DNA of 64,000 bases from Syntrophales bacterium (lineage in GTDB: Bacteria > Desulfobacterota > Syntrophia > Syntrophales > UBA2210), in the NCBI GenBank assembly GCA_963662405.2, contig CAXXKT010000002.1, positions 160,001-224,000 of the forward strand, given 5' to 3'. The position numbers were made by a program, and so were the translations under genes. This document shows positions 1-8,470 of the stretch, piece after piece (the stretch's first letter is position 1; each line of letters opens with the position of its first letter). The notes below the pieces were generated by a model. The model did not search any database. It was given only the letters and a program-made list of their open reading frames with translations, and was not told the origin of the DNA.

Positions 1-1
1 C

Positions 2-406
2 GTCATTGCCGATGAGCCGCTCCGCCGGCGTTTCCTGCGGGCGATGAAGGGCATCGTACCTCACGTCAATGCCTTGGGCTATACGGCGGCGCTGGCGGCC
101 TACCGTGACAGCGAAGGGTGGCACTGGGCGCTCCTCGACTATCTCCGGGGAAACAGGGACGTCGTCGAACGCGCAATCAGTGCGCTGCCGAACCTCTCCA
201 TGCACCACGTGGAGGCCACCTACCTGGCCTGGATCGACGCGCGGCGGATCGGCATGGAAAACCCCGCTGCGGCCTTTGAAGAAAGAGGAGTGGGTCTCTC
301 CGATGGAAAACCCTTCGGTGCGGAGGGGTTTGTCCGGTTAAATTTCGGCTGTACCCGTTCCCTCCTCCAGGAGGCCCTGCGGAGAATGGGGACGATCCCG
401 GTATAG
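2..406 (+). CDS. PLP-dependent C-S lyase/aminotransferase, MalY/PatB family (5' truncated by window)
   Basis: C-terminal motifs EATYLAWID, GVGLSDGKPFG, GFVRLNFGC; frame open from base 2. Confidence 0.85.
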   Translation, partial: VIADEPLRRRFLRAMKGIVPHVNALGYTAALAAYRDSEGWHWALLDYLRGNRDVVERAISALPNLSMHHVEATYLAWIDARRIGMENPAAAFEERGVGLSDGKPFGAEGFVRLNFGCTRSLLQEALRRMGTIPV

Positions 407-430
407 GCGAGTGCGGGTTATCTCACCATG

Positions 431-446
431 TGGCACGGGTTGTGCT
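431..446 (+). promoter_or_regulatory. sigma54 (-24/-12) promoter
   Basis: TGGCACGGGTTGTGCT vs consensus TGGCACG-N4-TTGCW, exact GG/GC spacing, 37 bp before the ATG at 484. Confidence 0.7.
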
Positions 447-483
447 TTTACACTCGGAAGATAAAATGTTTGCGAGGTGAGTG

Positions 484-771
484 ATGAGACGAAACAGCCG
501 TTTATCCATACTCCTGCTGGCCGCGTGCATCTTCGGGGTCATCGCGGGCGGACAGATCACCGCAACCGCCGGGGAAAAGATTTCCCCCTACAATGTCCCC
601 AAAGGGGTGTATATCGATCTGGACACGGATTCCTTAAAGGCTCTGAGCACCAACCAGGGAGATACAAAGATTCACACCACTGAAACCTCGGAGGCATACC
701 TGCGGATGATCCTGGAGAATCAGGAGGAAATCATCAGATTGCTCCATGAGTTTCTGGAACATAAGGAATAG
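484..771 (+). CDS. small exported hypothetical protein
   Basis: GAGGTG RBS; basic N-terminus plus hydrophobic stretch ending ATA (signal peptide-like). Confidence 0.7.
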   Translation: MRRNSRLSILLLAACIFGVIAGGQITATAGEKISPYNVPKGVYIDLDTDSLKALSTNQGDTKIHTTETSEAYLRMILENQEEIIRLLHEFLEHKE

Positions 772-993
772 AGAAATCACTTCGAACATTCGGATTTCCC
801 TTCCAATACCCGGTATACGGTGGGATGCAAGTCGTCTCTTCATATCCCGGTATCTTACTTCTTTTTGTTACCCTTCCCGCTCATGATTATTCCTTCGGAG
901 GAGGTTACACAAATAAAACATGGTACAGCGAGGGCCATGGTGCACAACCGTTGATTTGTTTCTTCCATAATGACCGATTCATCGCTCGGAGGT

Positions 994-1647
994 TTAGGAT
1001 GCCTGTCGCCTCTTCTTCCTGCCGACACCAGCGAGACCCAGCAGACCAGCCCCCAGCAGAACCATCGTGGCGGGTTCCGGAACAGGGGCGGACGATGAGT
1101 TCTGAACAAGTATATTCTGAACCCCATTCATATTGACAATAGAATAATTGCTCAGGAGATACCCCGCATCTATGGTCGCATTTCCCAACGCATCCATATA
1201 GCGATTAGAGAGCATTTTGACATCCCACGGTCCATTGAGAGTAAAATCATCGCCATACAGTGTCGCCCAGATGGCGCTCTGGAGGGCCGCACCCGACTTT
1301 GTCGATGAAGTGGGAGCGTATCGATCCATCAGCCAAGCCGCCTCGACCGTGGGGGCGAGAAGGCTGTCAATATCATAAGTCCTCTGGGAAATAGAAGAAG
1401 AGAGGTCGACACAGAATGCAGATTGCGATCCTCCCCACCCCAGAACGTCATCATACAGGGATATGGTAAATTCGCCTGCATAGCCGGTATCATAGTGCCC
1501 ATCCGGGTACTCATATCTGATTTCCATGAGGTCCCAGTCATCGACACGGACCTGCGTGTAGGTAGCGCCGACAGTGACAACGGTTGTAACGACGAAAACA
1601 AGAACCAAAAAGAAAGAAACGATTATTGCCTGTACCTTCGTTTTCAT
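994..1647 (-). CDS. PEP-CTERM sorted surface protein with TED-like (thioester) motifs
   Basis: Signal peptide; C-terminal VPEPATMVLLGAGLLGLAGVGRKKRR; internal FCVDL, LQSAIW, VQNIL; GGAGG RBS. Confidence 0.9.
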   Translation of the reverse strand: MKTKVQAIIVSFFLVLVFVVTTVVTVGATYTQVRVDDWDLMEIRYEYPDGHYDTGYAGEFTISLYDDVLGWGGSQSAFCVDLSSSISQRTYDIDSLLAPTVEAAWLMDRYAPTSSTKSGAALQSAIWATLYGDDFTLNGPWDVKMLSNRYMDALGNATIDAGYLLSNYSIVNMNGVQNILVQNSSSAPVPEPATMVLLGAGLLGLAGVGRKKRRQAS

Positions 1648-1717
1648 TGGATCACCTCCACCTGTTTACTTGTGAACTCATCTTGGTTTCCGTTCTCTCA
1701 GGTTCAGGGCCGTATGT

Positions 1718-1739
1718 AAATACTACTAAAGTAGTATTT
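1718..1739. promoter_or_regulatory. palindromic operator, NarL-type 7-2-7 arrangement
   Basis: AAA-TACTACT-AA-AGTAGTA-TTT upstream of the PEP-CTERM gene. Confidence 0.55.
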
Positions 1740-2174
1740 TTTAGTGTTTCTGAGGGTTTATGCTTGAAACGGTTGGTGAGACGTCATTTCTGATAGAGGG
1801 ATATGGTGGGGAGTGAGTATTCATTAAGCGTATGTTGTATGCCTTCAGGGAAAGTTTAAACTCTTGATAATGAGAACAAAGAGATATCAGTAGTGAACAA
1901 GGATTGAATAGGTCTCTCCATCTCTGACTCGACCCCTTTCGTATCCCTTTATGCTCCGGATATCGGTCTTCGGCCCTATGACGGTTTTGAAAACAAGCGC
2001 GGGACGGCGGACCCAAAGAGGAGAGGTTTCTGTACAACCCCGGGAAAAACAGGGAGTGACCTTTCTTTGCTTCCAGTGAAAAGGCATTGAAATAGCTGGC
2101 ATCAGGGAGCAATTTGCATTATATAGTCTGACCTGTAATGAATTTTAAAATCGGGGAAACACCGGGGAGGTATT

Positions 2175-2708
2175 ATGAGCTCTTTTCAAGATCGTATTTT
2201 TCGCGCCGCCAAGCTGGATGCCAACCTGTATGAGGAGGTAGAGGCCGACAAGGGGGCAATGGGCCAGGCAATGACGGTTGTTGTCATCTCCAGCCTGGCA
2301 GCCGGCATTGGGAGTATTGCCCAAGGAGGGTTTGCCGGGATTTTGATCGGGACGGCCGCGGCCCTTATCGGATGGTATATCTGGGCTTGGCTTACCTTCT
2401 TCATCGGCACGAGATTTCTTCCTGAACCGCAGACCGAGGCTGATCCGGGAGAGCTGCTCCGTACAATCGGTTTTTCCAGTGCTCCCGGTCTGATTCGTGT
2501 TGCGGGAATCATCCCGGGGTTGGGACAGTTGATTTTCTTCGTGTCATCCATCTGGATGCTGGCGGCGATGGTGATCGCGGTCAGGCAGGCACTCGACTAT
2601 ACCAGCACCTGGCGGGCCGTCGGGGTCTGCGCGATCGGTTGGATAATCCAGATGTTGATCATGGCGCTGCTGTTCAGTCTCCTCGGCGGCTTCCCCCAAC
2701 CGGCATAA
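2175..2708 (+). CDS. YIP1-family membrane protein
   Basis: LYEEVEAD N-terminus, about 5 TM helices, LLRTIGFSSAPG and AVRQALDY motifs. Confidence 0.8.
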   Translation: MSSFQDRIFRAAKLDANLYEEVEADKGAMGQAMTVVVISSLAAGIGSIAQGGFAGILIGTAAALIGWYIWAWLTFFIGTRFLPEPQTEADPGELLRTIGFSSAPGLIRVAGIIPGLGQLIFFVSSIWMLAAMVIAVRQALDYTSTWRAVGVCAIGWIIQMLIMALLFSLLGGFPQPA

Positions 2709-2739
2709 AAACGCACTGCGCCATCCATAACAAAGACGG

Positions 2740-2769
2740 ATCGGGGACGGCCCATTGGCCGTCCCCGAT
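2740..2769 (+). terminator. stem-loop, probable terminator
   Basis: Perfect 13-bp stem ATCGGGGACGGCC/GGCCGTCCCCGAT with CATT loop, 31 bp after the stop; weak U tract. Confidence 0.6.
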
Positions 2770-2913
2770 TGAATTGATTCATCCCCCCCCTCTCTCTATC
2801 CTCTCAACATCCCTTGACCCATGCATCTCATATAAAGGTGCGCTTTCCGATTGTCTTTCAGGTCAATGAAGGGTATACCGGCACGATATAGTATACGGAG
2901 GTTGTGTTTCGTT

Positions 2914-3402
2914 ATGAACATCAGGGAAGCAAAGGACCAGGATTTCGATGGTATCTGGCCTATCTTTCACGAGATCGTCTCAGCCGGTGAAACGTATGCG
3001 TACGATCCCCGAACAACAAAAGAAGACGCCTTCCACATCTGGATGACACAGCCGCATAAAACCTTCGTCGCCGAAGAGGGCGATACCGTTCGCGGGACCT
3101 ATTATCTCAAGAGAAATCAACCGGGACTGGGCGGTCACGTCTGTAACTGCGGGTATATGGTGCCGGCAGCGACCCGAGGAAAAGGCCTGGCAACCGCCAT
3201 GTGTGAGCATTCGCAGAAAACAGCCGTCGAACTCGGCTACCGGGCCATGCAGTTCAATCTGGTGGTGTCAACAAATGAGGGAGCCATTCGGCTCTGGGAA
3301 AAACTGGGGTTTGAGATCGTCGGGCGTCTCCCCAAGGCATTCCGGCACTCGGAAGCGGGATTGGTGGATGCCTTCATCATGTATAAATGTCTGACGATAT
3401 GA
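2914..3402 (+). CDS. GNAT N-acetyltransferase
   Basis: RGKGLA acetyl-CoA motif, GYRAMQFNLVVSTNEGA, LWEKLGF; GGAGG RBS before ATG 2914. Confidence 0.9.
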   Translation: MNIREAKDQDFDGIWPIFHEIVSAGETYAYDPRTTKEDAFHIWMTQPHKTFVAEEGDTVRGTYYLKRNQPGLGGHVCNCGYMVPAATRGKGLATAMCEHSQKTAVELGYRAMQFNLVVSTNEGAIRLWEKLGFEIVGRLPKAFRHSEAGLVDAFIMYKCLTI

Positions 3403-3475
3403 CACCGAAATGTTCGGAGAGAGGATCATACGTCAAATCGCCCTGTTGAAACAGTGCATTGAGATTACTTTATTC

Positions 3476-3505
3476 TTGACAGGAAAATACCTCACTCTAT
3501 ATACT
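3476..3505 (+). promoter_or_regulatory. probable sigma70 promoter of the ABC operon
   Basis: TTGACA-N18-TATACT. Confidence 0.45.
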
Positions 3506-3603
3506 GCGCCGCACTGGACAGCTGCGACCCGCAAGAAGTCTTTTCTAAGGGATGTGTGTCTTTGTCTCATATACCTTAACCAATGGAGCAAAGGAGACGA
3601 TCG

Positions 3604-4755
3604 ATGAAGATTTCAAAACTGTTGGTGATTCTCAGTGTGCTGGTGGGTGTTGGCATGCCTTTTACGGTTACGGCGGCGAAACCCGTCGTCATCGGCCTTC
3701 AGGGGCCGATAACGGGTCCATGGGCTTACGAAGGAGAAATGGCGAAGCAATCATGTGAAATTGCCGCCCAGTTGATCAACCAGAAGGGCGGGATCCTCGG
3801 TGGTCGCATGGTCGAACTCCGGGTCGTCGATGACGCGGGCGAACCAAGAACCGGCGCTCTGGCGGCACAAAAGCTGGTGGGGCAGAAAGACGTTGTGGCG
3901 GCCGTTTCAACGTACGGCTCATCAATCTGCGAACCGGCTTCAAACATCTACGAAAAGTTTAAAAAGGTCAATATCGGCTATGGGGTTACAGCAGTACGCC
4001 TGACACAACGAGACTTCAAGTATTTCTTCCGCACTTGCGGGCGCGATGATTCGCAGGGTGCCTTCTTCGCACAGGCCGTTCTCTCAAAATTCAACGCGAA
4101 CCGAATCGCGATCATGCACGATAACACGGCCTTCGGAAAGGGACTGGCGGAGGATACGAGACGGGCGCTCAAGCAGATGATCGACAGCGGGAAGGCCGAG
4201 ATCGTCTATTTCGATGCGATCACCCCCGGTGAAAAGGACTTTCATGTGTCACTTACCAAACTTCGTGAGGCAAAACCGGAAGTATGGTACTTCACCGGCT
4301 ACTATGCCGAAGCGGCGCTCCTGATCACTCAGGCGCGCGATATCGGCATCACCTGCCCCTTCGTGGGCGGAAATGCGGCGATCAATGATGAATTTGTGAA
4401 AATCGCCGGCCTGGATGTCGCCAAGGGGTGCTTCATGACCAATGAACCCCTCCCCGCAGACCTCCCCTACCCGGAAGCGAAAGAATTTTTGAAGGCATAC
4501 AAAGACAAGTTCGGAGAGATTCCCTCCAGTCCCTGGCCCATATACGCGGCTGACGCCCTGAGCATTATCGCTTATGCAGTCGATAAGGCGGGATCCACCG
4601 ATTCTGATGCCATTGCCGATTATCTCCGCAACAAAATCGACGGCGTCCCGGGGATCACCGGTCCCATAGGCTTTACCGCACAGGGTGACCGGGAAGGCGT
4701 ACCGTTTTATCTCTATGTCGTCGATGACAAGGGGAATATCGTCGTTTCGAAATAA
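3604..4755 (+). CDS. livK: branched-chain amino acid-type ABC transporter substrate-binding protein
   Basis: Signal peptide; GPITG, INQKGGILG, YFFRTCGRDDSQG, HDNTAFGKGLA. Confidence 0.9.
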   Translation: MKISKLLVILSVLVGVGMPFTVTAAKPVVIGLQGPITGPWAYEGEMAKQSCEIAAQLINQKGGILGGRMVELRVVDDAGEPRTGALAAQKLVGQKDVVAAVSTYGSSICEPASNIYEKFKKVNIGYGVTAVRLTQRDFKYFFRTCGRDDSQGAFFAQAVLSKFNANRIAIMHDNTAFGKGLAEDTRRALKQMIDSGKAEIVYFDAITPGEKDFHVSLTKLREAKPEVWYFTGYYAEAALLITQARDIGITCPFVGGNAAINDEFVKIAGLDVAKGCFMTNEPLPADLPYPEAKEFLKAYKDKFGEIPSSPWPIYAADALSIIAYAVDKAGSTDSDAIADYLRNKIDGVPGITGPIGFTAQGDREGVPFYLYVVDDKGNIVVSK

Positions 4756-4778
4756 ACGGTCACAAAGATCGTTCCGGT

Positions 4779-4812
4779 CGTGCCGCGCCGAATTCAACCC
4801 CGACGCGGCACG
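4779..4812 (+). other. intercistronic stem-loop after the binding-protein gene
   Basis: CGTGCCGCG/CGCGGCACG 9-bp stem; position typical of mRNA-stabilising hairpins in ABC operons. Confidence 0.45.
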
Positions 4813-4902
4813 GCGCAACACGCAGCCCGGCCGCCGGGACACTTGATTCGAGCCGGCAGCACTTCGGCGAACCTCCGGAGAAACGGGAAAGATTCACTAT
4901 AA

Positions 4903-5814
4903 ATGGAAGTTTTCATAGAACAGATCATCAACGGACTCACCATCGGCTCTTTTTATGCCCTGATCGCCCTTGGTTATTCCATGGTTTACGGTGTCCTGAA
5001 ACTGATCAATTTCGCCCATGGAGATTTTTTTACCTTGGGTTCCTATCTGGGATACACCGTTCTGGTCTTCGGGTTCGCATTTCTGACCTCCCACTACGGT
5101 CTGTGGGGCGGCATGATTCTGGCCATGGTTGTCGCCGCCCTCTGTCTCGCACTGGTGGGCATTACGGTGGAACGGCTGGCATATCGCCCGATCTACCCTG
5201 CGGGCCGGCTCCCGGCCGTCGTCTCCGCTCTCGGTGCCTCCATCTTCCTGCAGAACGCAATCATGGTCATCTGGGGTCCCCGCTACCAAGCGTATCCGGC
5301 GTCATTAATACCCAATATCCACATACAGCTGGGTGGTTTGCACATCACCCTGCTTCAAATCGTGATTCTCGTCCTCTCCTTTGTCCTCATGGGCATTCTC
5401 TACTACGTCATACAGAAGACGCTCTTCGGAGCGGCAGTCAGGGCAACCGCGCTCGATCGGAATACAGCTTCCCTCATGGGGATCAATTTCAACAAGGTGA
5501 TATTATTCGTATTTACACTGGGGCCTGCCCTGGGTGCGATCACCGGTGTCATGGTGGGGATGTACTACCGGCAAATCAGCTTTACCATGGGCTGGAACTA
5601 TGGGCTTAAGGCCTTCACCGCTACGATACTGGGAGGGATCGGCAACCTCCCCGGCGCCATGTTCGGAGGTCTGATCCTGGGTCTCTTGGAGATGTTCGGC
5701 GGCGCCTATATCTCGGCGGCGTGGAAAGACGTTTTCGTGTTCCTGGTTCTGATCCTGGTTCTGATTTTCAGACCGACCGGTCTCTTCGGCGAAAAAACGG
5801 CTGAAAAGGTATAA
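4903..5814 (+). CDS. livH: BCAA ABC transporter permease
   Basis: QIINGLTIGSFYALIALGYSMVYG, INFAHG, KAFTATILGGIG. Confidence 0.93.
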   Translation: MEVFIEQIINGLTIGSFYALIALGYSMVYGVLKLINFAHGDFFTLGSYLGYTVLVFGFAFLTSHYGLWGGMILAMVVAALCLALVGITVERLAYRPIYPAGRLPAVVSALGASIFLQNAIMVIWGPRYQAYPASLIPNIHIQLGGLHITLLQIVILVLSFVLMGILYYVIQKTLFGAAVRATALDRNTASLMGINFNKVILFVFTLGPALGAITGVMVGMYYRQISFTMGWNYGLKAFTATILGGIGNLPGAMFGGLILGLLEMFGGAYISAAWKDVFVFLVLILVLIFRPTGLFGEKTAEKV

Positions 5815-5817
5815 GGC

Positions 5818-6819
5818 ATGGAAACGAAAACCCAATTTGGTTTGATACGGTTTTTCGGCTCCGGTCAGAATGCTCTCGTCATTATGCTCGGGATATTTAT
5901 TTTATATCCCTTCATCGCGAGCAACTATTTTATCGATATAGCTTTTTTCTTCGGCATCTATGCCCTTCTGGGATTGAGCCTCAATATCGTCCTCGGTGAA
6001 GTGGGTCTTTTCGACCTGGGACATGCGGGATTCTATGCCATCGGCGCCTATACCACCGCTATTCTGAATACCAAATTCGGCATTCCCATCTTTGTCCTGT
6101 TGCCGATCAGCGCCCTCGCGGCTGCGCTCTTCGCCTACATCGTCTGTTCCCCCATCATTCATCTTCAGGGCGATTATCTGCTGATTGTAACCATGGGAGT
6201 GGGAGAGATCATCCGCCTCGCACTCATCAACAATCCGTTCGATCTTACCGGCGGACCCAACGGCGTGTTCGGCATCGACTTCCCTGCCCTTCCCGGCGGT
6301 TTTGTCATTGATTCTTCAATTGAGTTCTATTTTCTCATCTGGATCGTTGTCGGTCTGTCGATCATTGGTCTGATCCGATTACAGAATTCACGGATCGGAA
6401 GGGCCTGGAATTACATCCGGGACGATGAGATAGCAGCGAGTGCCAGTGGGGTCAATGTCAAAAACTATAAGCTCCTTGCGTTTGTCCTTGGTGCCGCGTT
6501 AGCGGGGATTGCCGGTAACATCTACGCGAGCAAGCTGATGTGCGTCTCTCCCGAGAGCTTTACCTTCTGGGAATCCTGCCTGATGTTCTGTATTGTCCTG
6601 ATCGGCGGGATGGGCTCCATACCCGGCGTGATAATCGGCGCCGCCTTTATCAGCCTCTTCCCGGAGATATTCCGACCTTTTGCCATGTACCGGATGCTGG
6701 TATTCGGTTCGGCTATGATGCTCATGATGATGTTCCGGCCGGGAGGTGCCTGGCCACGGAAGAGAGGCGGTGGTTCCGTTATGTCACTCATGGCTCGGGC
6801 GAGGAGGAATAATGTCTGA
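5818..6819 (+). CDS. livM: BCAA ABC transporter permease
   Basis: LGHAGFYAIGAY, TGGPNG, SRIGRAW..IRDDE. Confidence 0.92.
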   Translation: METKTQFGLIRFFGSGQNALVIMLGIFILYPFIASNYFIDIAFFFGIYALLGLSLNIVLGEVGLFDLGHAGFYAIGAYTTAILNTKFGIPIFVLLPISALAAALFAYIVCSPIIHLQGDYLLIVTMGVGEIIRLALINNPFDLTGGPNGVFGIDFPALPGGFVIDSSIEFYFLIWIVVGLSIIGLIRLQNSRIGRAWNYIRDDEIAASASGVNVKNYKLLAFVLGAALAGIAGNIYASKLMCVSPESFTFWESCLMFCIVLIGGMGSIPGVIIGAAFISLFPEIFRPFAMYRMLVFGSAMMLMMMFRPGGAWPRKRGGGSVMSLMARARRNNV

Positions 6820-7624
6820 GCCGAATCACAAAAAAAGTAATCGAATCGTCCTGGAAACCCGTGAACTGACCAAGGTCTTCGGTGGCCTGACCGCGGTCAG
6901 CGACATTGATCTGGTCGTCCATGAAGGGGAGATATCGAGTTTGATCGGCCCCAACGGCGCGGGGAAAACCACGGTATTCAATACGGTTACCGGGATCTAC
7001 CGCCCGGAAAGGGGCCGGATCATATTCAACGGTGAGGACATTACCGGGAAAAAGCCGCACGAGATCGTGGCCAAAGGGATTGCCCGTACCTTTCAGAATA
7101 TCCGCCTTTTCTCGACCATGACCTGTCTGGAAAACGTTATGGCAGGTCAGCACTGCCGCGCTTCGTCAGAGGTGTGGGGTGCCCTATTCCGGACAACCCG
7201 TCAAAGGGAAGAAGAGAAACGCTCCCTTGAAATTGCAGAATCGCGCGTCCGCCAGGTCCGGCTCTGGGAGGCACGTAACGAACTCGCTCAAAATATCGCC
7301 TACGGCAGCCAGCGTATGCTTGAAATCGCCCGTGCACTTGCCACTGAACCGACCCTCCTGGTCCTGGATGAACCCAGCAGCGGTTTGAACCCCCGGGAGA
7401 CGGGAGATCTTATGGACTTTCTGAAGGATCTGATCCGCCGTGAGAATCTGACCATTCTCCTCATCGAACACGATATGAACATGGTCATGGGCATATCGGA
7501 CTGGGTGACCGTTATGGACGGGGGACAAAAGATTGCCGAGGGCACGCCGGAGGTCGTCTATAACAATCCTCACGTCATCGAGGCCTATCTGGGGACCGAT
7601 GAAGATGGGGATGAGGATATATAA
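6812..7624 (+). CDS. livG: BCAA ABC transporter ATP-binding protein
   Basis: GPNGAGKT, ARTFQNIRLF, LDEP, IEHDM, VIEAYLG; RBS before ATG 6812. Confidence 0.93.
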   Translation: MSEPNHKKSNRIVLETRELTKVFGGLTAVSDIDLVVHEGEISSLIGPNGAGKTTVFNTVTGIYRPERGRIIFNGEDITGKKPHEIVAKGIARTFQNIRLFSTMTCLENVMAGQHCRASSEVWGALFRTTRQREEEKRSLEIAESRVRQVRLWEARNELAQNIAYGSQRMLEIARALATEPTLLVLDEPSSGLNPRETGDLMDFLKDLIRRENLTILLIEHDMNMVMGISDWVTVMDGGQKIAEGTPEVVYNNPHVIEAYLGTDEDGDEDI

Positions 7625-7626
7625 CC

Positions 7627-8379
7627 ATGGCACCGTTGCTTGTTGTAGAGGATCTCACGGTATATTACGGATCGGTTGAGGCGCTGAAGGGTATCTCCCT
7701 CTTTCTCGAAGAAGGAGAGATCGCTACCGTCTTGGGGGCAAACGGGGCGGGGAAAACCACCCTTCTGAACGCCATATCGGGCCTTTTGCCCATTCGATCC
7801 GGGCGAGTGTCCTTTGAAAAGGACCCCCTGAACGGGATACCCCCATACGAAATCGTTCTCCGAGGAATTTCGCAGTCACCAGAAGGGCGAAAGGTGTTTT
7901 CCACCCTCACCGTGGAGGAAAACCTTAATCTGGGGGCCTACACGAGGCAGGCATATAAGACCGAAGTGGCTGAGGCGAAAGAGCGGGTCTTTTCCCTCTT
8001 CCCTATCCTGAAAGAACGGCGAAAACAGCTTTCGGGAACCCTCTCGGGAGGAGAACAGCAAATGCTCGCCATCGGCCGTGCCCTGATGAGTTCCCCGCGG
8101 CTTCTCCTTCTAGATGAACCTTCCTTGGGACTCGCGCCGATTCTCGTCAAACAAATCTTCAGCATCATCAAGGAGATCAACCGTCAGGGCACATCCATCC
8201 TGCTGGTGGAACAGAATGCCCATAAGGCCCTCACTATTGCCACGACAGGTTATGTCCTTGAAAACGGCCAGATCTCTACAAGCGGCAGCTCCTCCGAATT
8301 AAAATCCGACCCGAAGGTCCAAGAGGCCTATCTGGGAGGCGCCGCCCTGAAAAAGCAAAGTCAAAGCCCCTTATCCTGA
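7627..8379 (+). CDS. livF: BCAA ABC transporter ATP-binding protein
   Basis: GANGAGKT, LSGGEQQML, LDEPSLGLAP, VEQNA. Confidence 0.93.
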   Translation: MAPLLVVEDLTVYYGSVEALKGISLFLEEGEIATVLGANGAGKTTLLNAISGLLPIRSGRVSFEKDPLNGIPPYEIVLRGISQSPEGRKVFSTLTVEENLNLGAYTRQAYKTEVAEAKERVFSLFPILKERRKQLSGTLSGGEQQMLAIGRALMSSPRLLLLDEPSLGLAPILVKQIFSIIKEINRQGTSILLVEQNAHKALTIATTGYVLENGQISTSGSSSELKSDPKVQEAYLGGAALKKQSQSPLS

Positions 8380-8470
8380 CCCCTTTCGCCATATTCCCGA
8401 TCGCTCCATATTTCCTTCTCTCTCCAATTGTGTGGAGTTCCCGGTTCCGTGAAGCCGGACAGGACGATAC

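Noticed and set aside
2082..2097. Second sigma54 site AGGCATTGAAATAGCT before the YIP1 gene
   Set aside because: Spacing is right but several consensus mismatches; too weak to call
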